From contig CADBRT010000117.1 of the NCBI GenBank assembly GCA_902797055.1, positions 4,249 through 68,248 of the forward strand: DNA of 64,000 nt, given 5' to 3'. Positions 9,272-19,151 of the stretch are shown here, piece after piece. The translations under genes were made by a program, and so were the position numbers. The stretch's first letter is position 1. Each line of letters opens with the position of its first letter. The DNA is from an uncultured Spirochaetaceae bacterium (GTDB lineage: Bacteria; Spirochaetota; Spirochaetia; Treponematales; Treponemataceae). The notes beneath the pieces were generated by a model, which was not told the origin of the DNA, ran no database searches, and worked only from the letters and a program-made list of their open reading frames with translations.

Positions 9272-10285
9272 TCAATACAAGGCTTTTTTTATGCCCTCAA
9301 GTACGGCAAGATCCCTAATTCCGACTTCGAGCGGGGAATACAGAGGTGCTGTACCGTCCAAAAAATCCACCGCGTTCTGCACCATGTTTGCAAAGTAGCG
9401 TGTTTTTTCAGGTTTCACAACAGAAGAATCCGAAAGCAGGGAGTAAAAACCTGTATACAGCGGGGATTCCTGCCGCTTGTAGCATTTCAGATACCCGTTT
9501 CCTATGCAGATTCTGCCTTCTGTCCCGTTTATCTGTATTTCAAAGCCGAAGTACCGGGAGCGCCCGCTGATTGTCAGCGTTATGTCCGGACAGGCAGGAA
9601 GTGCATAATGGGCGCTGAGCTGCCGGATATTCTGTTTTTCGTCTTTGTATACACCGGTCAGAACAGGAGCCGGCAAGTCTGTGTCGTCCAGAAAATACAG
9701 CACTGCATCTACCAGATGGGTTCCGTCGTGTATAAGGGAATACGCACCGGTCGCCTCTTCGTCGGGGTTGTACACAACGAGAGACGACGAGAGCGAAGCA
9801 TAGATGCTCTGCAGGCTCCCTATCTGCTCCATGTATTTCTTTGCACAGCGGTAGTCATCGGCAAAGCGGCGCTCATGGTTTATCATGACGGGAACGCCGT
9901 ACTGCGTTGAAAGGGAACGAATCCGTTCCGCCTCCCCGCTGTTGACAGCCACCGGCTTTTCCAGAATCACAAGGCGGGCGCCGCTCTTGATTGCGGCTTC
10001 AGCTTCCGTCTCATGAGCGCTTTCCGGAACCGCGACGGTGACGATATCCGTACGGTGCTTTTTGTACAATTCGGAAGACGACTCATATACGGTGGCATGG
10101 GGGATTGCCGCTGTCCAGACAGCACGGTTGTCGGGATCCGTATCGCACCCTGCAACAAGCTGTATGCGGGGATTGCCCCGCAGTGCCATTGTGTGGCTGG
10201 CAGGCTGTTCCCGTTTGGCATCAAGCCCCAGGGAATAGCCGATTCTTCCGCAGCCGACAAGCGCCACCGTATACCGAGTTTCCAT
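9272..10285 (-). CDS. Gfo/Idh/MocA-family NAD(P)-dependent oxidoreductase
   Basis: N-terminal Rossmann motif VALVGCGRIG, a conserved EKP motif (VILEKPVA), and 337 aa. Confidence 0.8.
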   Translation of the reverse strand: METRYTVALVGCGRIGYSLGLDAKREQPASHTMALRGNPRIQLVAGCDTDPDNRAVWTAAIPHATVYESSSELYKKHRTDIVTVAVPESAHETEAEAAIKSGARLVILEKPVAVNSGEAERIRSLSTQYGVPVMINHERRFADDYRCAKKYMEQIGSLQSIYASLSSSLVVYNPDEEATGAYSLIHDGTHLVDAVLYFLDDTDLPAPVLTGVYKDEKQNIRQLSAHYALPACPDITLTISGRSRYFGFEIQINGTEGRICIGNGYLKCYKRQESPLYTGFYSLLSDSSVVKPEKTRYFANMVQNAVDFLDGTAPLYSPLEVGIRDLAVLEGIKKALY

Positions 10286-10297
10286 CGCAGCACCCGC

Positions 10298-11740
10298 TTA
10301 GTTGAGTTTGCCTTTGAGTTCCGCCATTGCGGCGCTGTATTTCTGAGCGAGACGCTTTGACTTTGTTGCGGCAAGGCCACGGTAATTGGATGGGTGCTCA
10401 AAGAAGCTGTCAGGATTTTCAATGCCGAGTTTTTCAAGCTGCCCGCGGATTTTCGCCCATGCCTCGGTATGAGTCTTGAGGACTTCAAAGAACGTCTTTC
10501 CGCTCTGTTCCGCTTCAAGCGTGATTTTTCTGATGACTTCGTGCCCGTCATTGACACCGGCTTCACCCAAGAGGATGTAAGCAGGCTCTGCAAGCACGCC
10601 GCCCTTTACCTTTCCGCCGGCGTTCATCAGGTTGCGTGCCATGGATTCACGATCAGCCTGAAGTCCGCTCACGACAGTCTTCATGCGTTCGACAGCCATG
10701 GTGAACCCCGCCACATAGTCAGCGATGAAACGCTGGCTTGCGCTGTTGGTCAAATCGCGCTGGTGCTCAGAAATCTGATCCATGTAGAACGTGATGACAC
10801 GCGGGGACATAGCCTTCCACAGAGATTTTACGTGTTCGCTGTTCCAAGGATTGCGCTTCTGTGGCATGGTAGAAGAACCGACCTGCGTAGAAGCAAAGTA
10901 CTCAAACACTTCTCCAATTTCACTTCTCTGCAAATTGCGCAAGTCATCTGCAAGATTTGCTATAATGCCGAAAGCAACATTGAACTCAAGCAGCAAGCGC
11001 AGAAGATACTCTGGCTCCACCAGCTGGTTTGAATACTCGCTGGGGTCAAGTCCGAGGAACTGCACATAGGTGCGCTCCAACTCCTCAGGATCTTTTACAA
11101 TCATGCTCGGTCCGTTGTAAGAACCGACCGGTCCTGCGAGTTTGCCTTTGAGCTGGCGGGAAAGTTCTTCTATTCTTTGAATTGATTTACCGAGACGTGA
11201 AACAAATTCCGCGACAGACCAGCCGAAGGTAATCGGAACGGCGTGCTGTCCGTGGGTGCGTCCGACCTGCGGAGTCTCGCACTCCCTGTCGGCAATAGCA
11301 CAGAGCGCTTCTTCCAAAGCAACCAGCTGCGGCAACACCACATAGCGGGTGACATCCCTCATGCGGCAGGAAAGCGCTGTGTCGAGGATGTCAACACTGG
11401 TGGCGCCCAAGTGCACAAGCGGCCCCAAATCAGCAGGCACCTTTGTCTTCAGGACATTGACAAGCGCTCGGATATTGTGCTTTGTCTTTTCCTCTTCCCG
11501 GTATACTTCCTCCGGGTCAATTGCAGCGGCAACGTTGTCAAGCAGCGCCGCTTTTTCATCAGTAAGCTCACCCCTCATCTTGAGGTGGGCTTTCACCAGT
11601 GCTGCCTCACACTTTGCACAGCTCCGTATGCTGGCTTCCTCTGATATATATGACGAGAGCCCTTTGAAAGACTCAGACTCTGAAAGTGAATAACGGTGGT
11701 CGACCGGGGAAATATTTTCAAAAATACTGCGTGTGTCCAT
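10298..11740 (-). CDS. purB: Adenylosuccinate lyase
   Basis: N-terminal SPVDHRYS motif and the fumarate-lyase signature GSSTMPQKRNPWNSE. 480 aa. Confidence 0.9.
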   Translation of the reverse strand: MDTRSIFENISPVDHRYSLSESESFKGLSSYISEEASIRSCAKCEAALVKAHLKMRGELTDEKAALLDNVAAAIDPEEVYREEEKTKHNIRALVNVLKTKVPADLGPLVHLGATSVDILDTALSCRMRDVTRYVVLPQLVALEEALCAIADRECETPQVGRTHGQHAVPITFGWSVAEFVSRLGKSIQRIEELSRQLKGKLAGPVGSYNGPSMIVKDPEELERTYVQFLGLDPSEYSNQLVEPEYLLRLLLEFNVAFGIIANLADDLRNLQRSEIGEVFEYFASTQVGSSTMPQKRNPWNSEHVKSLWKAMSPRVITFYMDQISEHQRDLTNSASQRFIADYVAGFTMAVERMKTVVSGLQADRESMARNLMNAGGKVKGGVLAEPAYILLGEAGVNDGHEVIRKITLEAEQSGKTFFEVLKTHTEAWAKIRGQLEKLGIENPDSFFEHPSNYRGLAATKSKRLAQKYSAAMAELKGKLN

Positions 11741-11801
11741 ACACGAGAGTATGGACTAAACGCACGAAAATTTCAACGGCAAAGCGCACAATGCGTGCGT
11801 T

Positions 11802-12686
11802 TTACCAGCTGCCGCTGGCACCGCCGCCACCGAAATGACCGCCACCGCCGCTGAACGAACGGCCGGAAGAAAAACTGCTTCTCGACGAAGACCGGCGGGT
11901 GCGACCTTTTTTACTGCCTCTAAAGGGCGTCAATATCGCAATGATTAAACAAAGACATCCAGTAATAATAGTCTGTAAATCCTTATCGCCGTCAGCATTG
12001 CTGTCCCCGGCTCTCGACAGCACATCTTTAGAAATCAGGGAATCGTCTTCGGTGAGTATGCCCGCCATGTTTTTGACGGCTTCTGCAATGCCGGTACTGT
12101 AGTCGTTCTGCTTGAACTTCGGGACAATCACATCGCGTATGATTCCTGAACACTTCTCATCAGTGAGCAGGGTTTCAGACCCATAACCGGTTTCAATGCG
12201 TATGCCGCGGTCTTGCATGGAAACGAGCAGCAGAACACCGTTGTCCTTGTCCGCCTGTCCGAGCTTCCACTTCTGGGCGTAGCGCATGCTGTATTCGGTA
12301 AGTTCAACCCCGTCGAGCGTATCCACCGTCAGCACAACTATCTGTATGCCGGTGGAAGAATCGAGATCCCTCAGATAGGAATCCAGCTCTCTCCGCGTTG
12401 TAGAGTCCATGACGCCGGCAGTATCCATAACGGGACCGGTCAAAATATACATACCCTCGGAATCTTTCGTATACCGCACATCACTGGAAGCGTTATACGT
12501 CGAAACATCAGTTTCCGCCACACTGACACCGCGCACAGGAGTATGCATCTTCCCAATGGAAACGACTTTACAGACTACCGAATATACGATAAAGATAAAA
12601 ACAAAAATCCAAAACAGTACGTCAGCTGAAACCAACTTTTTCCAGTTTATGCTTTCTTCCTTTTTATTAGAAGGCTCACTGCTCAT
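11802..12686 (-). CDS. TPM-domain (YgcG-like) membrane protein
   Basis: N-terminal TM helix, a TPM/phosphatase-like core, a second TM helix, and a Gly-rich tail SFSGGGGHFGGGGASGSW typical of YgcG-type proteins. Confidence 0.7.
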   Translation of the reverse strand: MSSEPSNKKEESINWKKLVSADVLFWIFVFIFIVYSVVCKVVSIGKMHTPVRGVSVAETDVSTYNASSDVRYTKDSEGMYILTGPVMDTAGVMDSTTRRELDSYLRDLDSSTGIQIVVLTVDTLDGVELTEYSMRYAQKWKLGQADKDNGVLLLVSMQDRGIRIETGYGSETLLTDEKCSGIIRDVIVPKFKQNDYSTGIAEAVKNMAGILTEDDSLISKDVLSRAGDSNADGDKDLQTIITGCLCLIIAILTPFRGSKKGRTRRSSSRSSFSSGRSFSGGGGHFGGGGASGSW

Positions 12687-13405
12687 AACACCGCTCCGTT
12701 TTCAAGAACGACGAGACCATCAGGTATCTCATCTGGATTGACCGCCCCTGCCGGAAAATTCTGGGCAAGCAAATCACCGCACTGCCGAACAGCGTGCAGG
12801 AAAGCCTGTTTCACATCTTTGCGGGCAAGGGATGCCGCCATTTCATCCGCAATCAGGTTCCACAAATCTTGGGTTATCTTTTTGCTTATTCCTATATCTG
12901 CAAGGATTTTTACTTCATGCTCAAAATACGACACGAAGATTAATATGCCTGAATGGTTTTCAGTGCAGTACACCCCGCTTTCTGCAAAATGCCGCATTGC
13001 CCGGTTCTCCACCGCACAGTGACGCACTCCAGCCGGAATAACAAGTTTATCCACCACAGGGATATTATATAGAAGATAAAAAACAGCCATGGTTGCGAAT
13101 GCAACCAGAATGTAAAACCCCACCAGATGCCACTGCATATGATTCCAAAAGAGCGTACCGAGCCAGGCATCAATGGAAGGCGCAAGCGGAAGCAGACACA
13201 GCAAAAGAATGAATGTCGTAACGCTTGCAGCAAAAAGCTCCCAGAACGCATAGCTGGAACTTTCCGCTGTGATGGCGAGCGCTATTTCGCCGTTTGTATT
13301 TTTTTCAGCATCGACAACCGCGTTGCGGATTTCGTCAAAGTCTGCGTCAGACAGAGCTATACGTTTCAGAAGAGTCCGTTGCGTCATACCTGTACGGTAC
13401 GACAT
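12683..13405 (-). CDS. TPM-domain-related integral membrane protein (COG3762-like)
   Basis: It overlaps the downstream TPM gene by 4 nt. A TPM-like core is split by a block of hydrophobic helices. The family call is from memory of the usual COG1512/COG3762 pairing. Confidence 0.5.
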   Translation of the reverse strand: MSYRTGMTQRTLLKRIALSDADFDEIRNAVVDAEKNTNGEIALAITAESSSYAFWELFAASVTTFILLLCLLPLAPSIDAWLGTLFWNHMQWHLVGFYILVAFATMAVFYLLYNIPVVDKLVIPAGVRHCAVENRAMRHFAESGVYCTENHSGILIFVSYFEHEVKILADIGISKKITQDLWNLIADEMAASLARKDVKQAFLHAVRQCGDLLAQNFPAGAVNPDEIPDGLVVLENGAVL

Positions 13406-13550
13406 TTTCAGTTAAAAATCAATAATTCTCCCTTTGATTATTGCAATTTTTGCCGTTAGCATATATTCTTTATAAGATGGTGTTTTGCGGTCGGCAGACG
13501 GAATTTTCTGCCTCCCGCATTATGCAAACTGTTTGTTGTTAGGGGTTTTT

Positions 13551-14972
13551 ATGAGCACGATGGAATACGATTTCACAGTCGAAAACTTGGGGGAATGCAA
13601 GATCCACTCTCCAATAGAGCTTTCCCTTGAGCACGGGACGTACAGGGCTGCGTATGTCAAAGACACGACATATGTCCGCAACAAGGTAAATGTTTTCGCG
13701 GACGAAAAAAAAGACGCAAACGATAAGACGAACCTGATGGAAAAAGCTGGTCCCCGGGAATACATCTACTTCAACCCACAGCATGTAACTGCGGGAATCT
13801 GCACCTGCGGAGGTTTGTGCCCGGGACTCAACGACGTTATACGCGCTGTCGTCCGCTGCCTTTGGAACCGCTACGGAGTACGCAAGATAAAAGGCATCCA
13901 GTTCGGATACAAGGGCTTCTTCCACGATGAGGGCTACGCTGCCATCGACCTGAACCCGGATATCGTAGACACAATCCATAAAATAGGCGGTTCGTACCTC
14001 GGTACTTCACGCGGAGGCGGAGACAGAGTAAGCGAAATCGTCGATGCCATTGAGCAGCTCGGAATCAACCAGATGTACATCATCGGCGGAGACGGAACCC
14101 AGCGCGGTGCACTCGACATTGCAAATGAAATTGAATCCCGCGGGCTCAAAGTTGCAGTCGTCGGCATTCCGAAGACTGTTGACAACGACCTTGAATTCAT
14201 CGACCGCTCATTCGGATTTGAAACAGCTGTTCAGAAAGCGACACAGGCTGTCAATTCAATCCACATGGAAGCACATTCACAGATCAACGGTATCGGTCTG
14301 GTAAAGCTGATGGGACGTGAGTCCGGCTTCATTGCAACGGCAACCGCACTCGCAAGCCATGAGACAAACTTCTGTCTCATCCCGGAAGTTCCATTCGACA
14401 TGGACGGTCCCAACGGCTTCCTCTCCCACTTGGAGAACAGACTTGCCAACCGCCACCATGCAGTCATTGTCGTTGCGGAAGGCGCAGGCCAGGAACTGCT
14501 CACCTCCACAAATCAGACTGACGCTTCCGGCAACAAAAAACTCGCAGACATCGGTGTCTATCTCCGCGACAAGATTACTGAATACTTCGCCGCAAAGAAG
14601 ATTCACATCAACCTCAAATACATCGACCCGGGCTATGAAGTGCGCGCATCTGTTACCACAGCAAACGACTCCATCTACTGCGAACGCCTTGGAAACAACG
14701 CCGTCCATGCAGCAATGGCAGGAAAGACAAAGATTGTCATCGGTCTCGTCCACGACAAATACGTGCACATCCCGATTTCCATGGCAACCCTCAAACGCAA
14801 CATCGTCGACCCGGAAAGCTCTCTGTGGAGAGACTGTCTCGACGCTACCTTGCAGCCGGTCTACATGGTCAACAACATCAATACAGTGACAGAAAAGCTC
14901 GGAAAGGCAGAAGAAGAAGCCAACAAAAAGGCCCTCGCCCGCCTCGAAAAAGTTACTGCAATGAAGAAATAA
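13551..14972 (+). CDS. 6-phosphofructokinase, long PfkA-family form (phosphoryl donor ATP or PPi unresolved)
   Basis: Motifs [40 protein letters not shown] and [10 protein letters not shown] placed the start at MSTMEYDF (ATG 13551) rather than at the ORF-track start 13485. Confidence 0.9.
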   Translation: MSTMEYDFTVENLGECKIHSPIELSLEHGTYRAAYVKDTTYVRNKVNVFADEKKDANDKTNLMEKAGPREYIYFNPQHVTAGICTCGGLCPGLNDVIRAVVRCLWNRYGVRKIKGIQFGYKGFFHDEGYAAIDLNPDIVDTIHKIGGSYLGTSRGGGDRVSEIVDAIEQLGINQMYIIGGDGTQRGALDIANEIESRGLKVAVVGIPKTVDNDLEFIDRSFGFETAVQKATQAVNSIHMEAHSQINGIGLVKLMGRESGFIATATALASHETNFCLIPEVPFDMDGPNGFLSHLENRLANRHHAVIVVAEGAGQELLTSTNQTDASGNKKLADIGVYLRDKITEYFAAKKIHINLKYIDPGYEVRASVTTANDSIYCERLGNNAVHAAMAGKTKIVIGLVHDKYVHIPISMATLKRNIVDPESSLWRDCLDATLQPVYMVNNINTVTEKLGKAEEEANKKALARLEKVTAMKK

Positions 14973-14990
14973 GCAGCCGCTAAAAAGGAA

Positions 14991-15017
14991 AGCCGGGATA
15001 CACTCCCGGCTTTTTTT
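14991..15017 (+). terminator. Rho-independent terminator of the pfk gene
   Basis: AGCCGGGA-TACAC-TCCCGGCT followed by T7. Confidence 0.8.
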
Positions 15018-15035
15018 GTACTCATACAGATAATG

Positions 15036-15073
15036 AAAAAGCCCTGGCATCTCTGCCAGAGCTTTTGTTTTTT
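15036..15073. terminator. Second hairpin, probably the cstA terminator (bidirectional appearance)
   Basis: AGCCCTGGCA-TCTC-TGCCAGAGCT, flanked by A5 on one side and TTTTGTTTTTT on the other. It lies just past the cstA stop at 15079. Confidence 0.6.
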
Positions 15074-15078
15074 ATAAC

Positions 15079-16848
15079 TTACTTAGACTGCTTTGCTGTC
15101 TGCTTGGAGAACGTCTTTACACCCTCAATAACAAGGATAACTGCAAGGACCGCCATGGAAGCAGCGAAGAAGAACTGGAACCAGTGGCCCCACATCGGAC
15201 CAGAAGCCTTGGCAATTCCAGCAAATATCTTTACCTTAGCAATGATTGTAAGCACGAGCTGTGTCAGTGTTGCACAGAGCATGAACACCGTCGGGATAAA
15301 GAACATCTTGTTGTTCTTGCCCACCTGTCCGAGCCATGCGGCAACAGCCATAAGTGCGATACCCGCAAGAAGCTGGTTTGCAGAACCAAACAGCCCCCAA
15401 ATCTGTGAAAGAGACAGTCCGCCGAGTACACAGCCGATTATAACCATGAATGCTGTTCCGACGATCGGATTTGCAATCGCCTTGCGTACTGGATTTTTGG
15501 CATCCTTCCATGTGGCCTCGTCATCTGTCAGGAACAGCTCAGAGAACATAAAACGGCTCAAACGGGTTGCAGAGTCGAGGGATGTCAACGCGAATACAGA
15601 AACAGCAAGCGTCAGCAAAGCCTTGATTGTGAGGAATGCATGGGTTGACTTGTCGCCAAAGAGGAATGCGATTCCTTCACCGAAGGCAGCGGCAGGAGAC
15701 CCCTTGAACGCCATGAGACCGGCATCATTCTTTGTAATGAACGTCTGGTCTTTCATGGAACCGACGATGATTCCGATGGAAATGAGGGAAATAACGCCGA
15801 GCGCAGATTCAATGAGCATTGAACCGTAACCGATAGCCTTGGCATTCTTTTCGTTGTCGAGCTGCTTTGAAGAAGTACCGGAGGCAATCAATGAGTGGAA
15901 ACCGGAACAAGCACCGCAGGCAACGGTGATGAACAACGCCGGGAACATATTTCCAATCGCTGTCTTCCAGCCGGTGAATGCAGGAAGGCCGAACTGCACA
16001 CCGCGGGAACCGCCTGCAAAGGCTGCAAATACAATACCCACGAGAGCAATCAGCATCATTGCGTACAACAGGAATGATGAAAGATAGTCACGCGGCTGGA
16101 GCATAATCCAGACAGGGATAAGAGATGCTACAGCGATATACAGACCAATCAGTATAATCCAGGTTGTGCGGTTCATTGCAAGACCGACGTTCAGGCCGAG
16201 GATGACAATCCCGATGATTGCAACAATGCCGAAGATTGTGGCAGGCAGTGTCTTTACACCGCAGCGGTTTGTCAGCACACCGTAAATAACAGCAAGAATG
16301 ATGAACAGGAAGGAAATCATTGCTGTCGTCTGGTTTCCGGTCGGATGCAGCACAAAACCGAACTGGTTTGCATCAGCAGGAGTAAAGAAGGTTGCAGCAA
16401 CAACGTTTACGAACGAGGCAATGACCAGAATCAAAACAAGAAGCGCAAAAATGATAAAAAGCTTCTTTGCAGTTTTGCCCATTGAATCCTTGATAATCTC
16501 GCCAACAGACTTGCCGCCGTGGCGGATAGAGGCAAAGAGTGAGCCGAAGTCCTGAAGACCGCCGAAGAAGATTCCTCCAATGACACACCACAGGAAGACT
16601 GGAACCCAACCGAATACAGCAGCCTGAATCGGACCGTTGATAGGACCGGCACCGGCGATTGATGAGAAATGATGTCCCATAAGAACAGCCGGTTTAGCAG
16701 GAACATAGTCAACACCGTCGGTCATTGTCTTAGCAGGTGTTTCCTTCTTAGGGTCAATACCCCACTGCTTTGCAAGCCATGAGCCGTAGAATACATAGCC
16801 GATGAAGAGCAAAGCAATCGCAGCAATAATGATTAATAATGCTGTCAT
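15079..16848 (-). CDS. cstA: Carbon starvation protein A (CstA-family peptide/pyruvate transporter)
   Basis: 589-aa polytopic protein. The segment DGVDYVPAKPAVLMGHHFSSIAGAGPINGPIQAA...LQDFGSLFASIRHGGKSVGEI matches the conserved N-terminal region of E. coli CstA as I remember it. Confidence 0.9.
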   Translation of the reverse strand: MTALLIIIAAIALLFIGYVFYGSWLAKQWGIDPKKETPAKTMTDGVDYVPAKPAVLMGHHFSSIAGAGPINGPIQAAVFGWVPVFLWCVIGGIFFGGLQDFGSLFASIRHGGKSVGEIIKDSMGKTAKKLFIIFALLVLILVIASFVNVVAATFFTPADANQFGFVLHPTGNQTTAMISFLFIILAVIYGVLTNRCGVKTLPATIFGIVAIIGIVILGLNVGLAMNRTTWIILIGLYIAVASLIPVWIMLQPRDYLSSFLLYAMMLIALVGIVFAAFAGGSRGVQFGLPAFTGWKTAIGNMFPALFITVACGACSGFHSLIASGTSSKQLDNEKNAKAIGYGSMLIESALGVISLISIGIIVGSMKDQTFITKNDAGLMAFKGSPAAAFGEGIAFLFGDKSTHAFLTIKALLTLAVSVFALTSLDSATRLSRFMFSELFLTDDEATWKDAKNPVRKAIANPIVGTAFMVIIGCVLGGLSLSQIWGLFGSANQLLAGIALMAVAAWLGQVGKNNKMFFIPTVFMLCATLTQLVLTIIAKVKIFAGIAKASGPMWGHWFQFFFAASMAVLAVILVIEGVKTFSKQTAKQSK

Positions 16849-16861
16849 TTTTCTTCTCCTC

Positions 16862-17356
16862 CTAGAGAATATTTTGACATACGAGTTTTTTCAAATCCTT
16901 GCCAAGCCTGTTCGACACAGACTTTCCGGTTGAAACCTCATACGCTAGTATCCGGTAATTACTCCACCCCCAGAAACTGAGGTAATAGGATTTATAATGC
17001 TTGAGCTTCTTTATCTGCTGAAAAACACTCTCTTCTATTTTGTCAGCCAGTATTATCAGAGTTACGTCTGAATTGCGGTGTCCGGAATACGGCTTTACTC
17101 TTGCCAACCCTGCATTCCATGCGCTCTGGTCAAGTTCAAGCGCCTTTTCCGAAGTCAGCAGGGGAACATCCGCAAAGTAGACGAACTCGTTTGAATCGAT
17201 ATCAGACAGTTTTGCCGCCCGCACAAGGAAATACTGCTCGGTATGAATACGGAATTCCGCTTCCGCAGCAAACGGTTCGGTAACGCCCTCGGTTTTTACC
17301 GTATAATACTTTTCATACGACTGAAGAACATGTTGTAATGCAGGCTTGATTTTCAT
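16862..17356 (-). CDS. Hypothetical protein directly upstream of cstA
   Basis: 164 aa from MKIKPALQ (ATG at 17356). Only 13 nt separate it from the cstA start. No motif recognised. Confidence 0.5.
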   Translation of the reverse strand: MKIKPALQHVLQSYEKYYTVKTEGVTEPFAAEAEFRIHTEQYFLVRAAKLSDIDSNEFVYFADVPLLTSEKALELDQSAWNAGLARVKPYSGHRNSDVTLIILADKIEESVFQQIKKLKHYKSYYLSFWGWSNYRILAYEVSTGKSVSNRLGKDLKKLVCQNIL

Positions 17357-17587
17357 AATTACTAAACTTTCTTTAGTATAGTGCAAAATACCGGTTTGTG
17401 TAAAGAATATAAATGCATATTTATGCAAAAAAAGGTATATACCGTCGAACTCATTTTGCATATTTTTCAGTTTTTAGAACTATCTCATCTGTTCTGCAAA
17501 AAAAATTCATCAAGTTATTTGTATTTCACAACTATTGGTGCTATCATCTTAATTGAGCACATATATATAAGAGTATCAGGAGCTGCT

Positions 17588-19138
17588 ATGTTTAATCGGA
17601 AAAAAGGACTGCTTGCTTTTTTAGGGGCGATTTCTTTGATGGCCGCAACATCTTGTACAAAAGCAAGGTCTGTGGAAGATGATGTAAAAAATCACCATGT
17701 CATCATCACCTATCTTACCGTCGGTAATAAACCGACAAACAGCGGAACTTCAGAAATGCTTGAAAAGCTGAATGAAATTCTTACTGAAAAAGTAAATGCA
17801 GAACTGGAAATATACTACATACCATGGTCTGACTATATTACGAATTACAATCTTAAGCTGGCAGAAAAAGACGGGTCAATCGATTTGATTGGCACCGCTA
17901 CAGACTGGCTTGATGCATGGAGAAATGCATCCCTTGGCAACTTCTACCCGCTTTCCGAAGAAATGCTTTCTACCTATGCTCCAAAGACCTGGAATTCTGT
18001 TACTCCCGAACACTGGAATGTCTGCAAGCTGAACGATACGATTTATATGTGCCCGGAAGACAATTACACACAGTGGACCAACCACGGTTTTATGTACCGG
18101 ACCGATTGGGCACGACAAGCGGGACTGAATGGAGTCCACAGTTGGGAAGATTTGACGAAATATCTTTCATACATACGAAAAAACAAACCGCAAATCACAC
18201 CGTGGGACAGCGATGCTTCTTCAAGTTCATTCCATCCCGAAGGATACATGCAGTCAAAAACAGATTTTATTGTGCTTGACGGCATTTCCAGTACAAGCAT
18301 GTTTGGAACCCACAAGAACAATCTCAAGAAATTCTATTGTCCTCTGTATGAGAGCGATGAAATCTTCGCGTATGCAAAACTCATGAGGCAGTGGAATGAC
18401 ATGGGCGTCTGGCCAAAGAATGTTTTGATTGAACGCGGCGGAAACAGAAGCAATCGTGATGAATTCTGTGCAGGACTGACAGCCCTTGAACAGCACCACT
18501 CCCAGACATGGTATACACAGGTTGTCTCTAAAGTCCAGGCACTCGGCGGCGGCGCAGATTCCGGTTTTTTCTGGTTCGGAGAAGAATCCAGCAACATCAC
18601 GTATCAGACTGTCACACATGGAGCCATGGCTGTTTCATCAGCATCCAAGCATCCGGAACGCGCTTTAATGGTGTACGACCTGCTGCGCAATGACAAAGAC
18701 TGTTACGAATTGATTAACTACGGTATCAAGGGCAAAAACTATACAATCAATTCACAAGGCTACCGTGAAGCTGTCCCGAACGCAAAAGGAATTACGACAA
18801 ACTACTGGTGGGGCAGAAACGATGCGCTTGAAGTACGTGACACTGCCACCTCATGGGACAAGTTTGACGAGTTGAACAAAATTTACGGGAAATCAAAGAT
18901 TGATTATCCATACGGACAGCTTGTATTTGATTTTTCAAAAATCAGAAGTGAACTTGATGCTGTCGGCGTAGTGTACGGAAACTACATGGGAAACATCTGT
19001 TATGGACAGGTACGTGATACGGATGCGTATGTAAAACGGTTCAAACAGGATCTAAAACAGGCAGGGATTGAAAAAATCATTACAGAATTGCAGTCCCAGA
19101 TGGATAAATTCAATTCAAGCAGGAATTCAGGTAAATAG
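17588..19138 (+). CDS. Large extracellular solute-binding lipoprotein (ABC family-1, LplA/LipO-like), with no adjacent permease genes
   Basis: Lipoprotein signal [23 protein letters not shown]. About 516 aa with the aromatic-rich SBP composition seen in oligosaccharide binders. The start is placed at ATG 17588. Confidence 0.75.
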   Translation: MFNRKKGLLAFLGAISLMAATSCTKARSVEDDVKNHHVIITYLTVGNKPTNSGTSEMLEKLNEILTEKVNAELEIYYIPWSDYITNYNLKLAEKDGSIDLIGTATDWLDAWRNASLGNFYPLSEEMLSTYAPKTWNSVTPEHWNVCKLNDTIYMCPEDNYTQWTNHGFMYRTDWARQAGLNGVHSWEDLTKYLSYIRKNKPQITPWDSDASSSSFHPEGYMQSKTDFIVLDGISSTSMFGTHKNNLKKFYCPLYESDEIFAYAKLMRQWNDMGVWPKNVLIERGGNRSNRDEFCAGLTALEQHHSQTWYTQVVSKVQALGGGADSGFFWFGEESSNITYQTVTHGAMAVSSASKHPERALMVYDLLRNDKDCYELINYGIKGKNYTINSQGYREAVPNAKGITTNYWWGRNDALEVRDTATSWDKFDELNKIYGKSKIDYPYGQLVFDFSKIRSELDAVGVVYGNYMGNICYGQVRDTDAYVKRFKQDLKQAGIEKIITELQSQMDKFNSSRNSGK

Positions 19139-19151
19139 AGGAGCCGGACAT

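Noticed and set aside
14277-15050. 257-aa minus-strand ORF opposite the pfk gene
   Set aside because: It is antisense to a gene with strong PFK motifs, and its translation is rich in Cys, Val and Phe without features. It is a shadow ORF.
15065-15829. 254-aa plus-strand ORF opposite cstA
   Set aside because: It is antisense to a strongly recognisable CstA gene. It is a shadow ORF.
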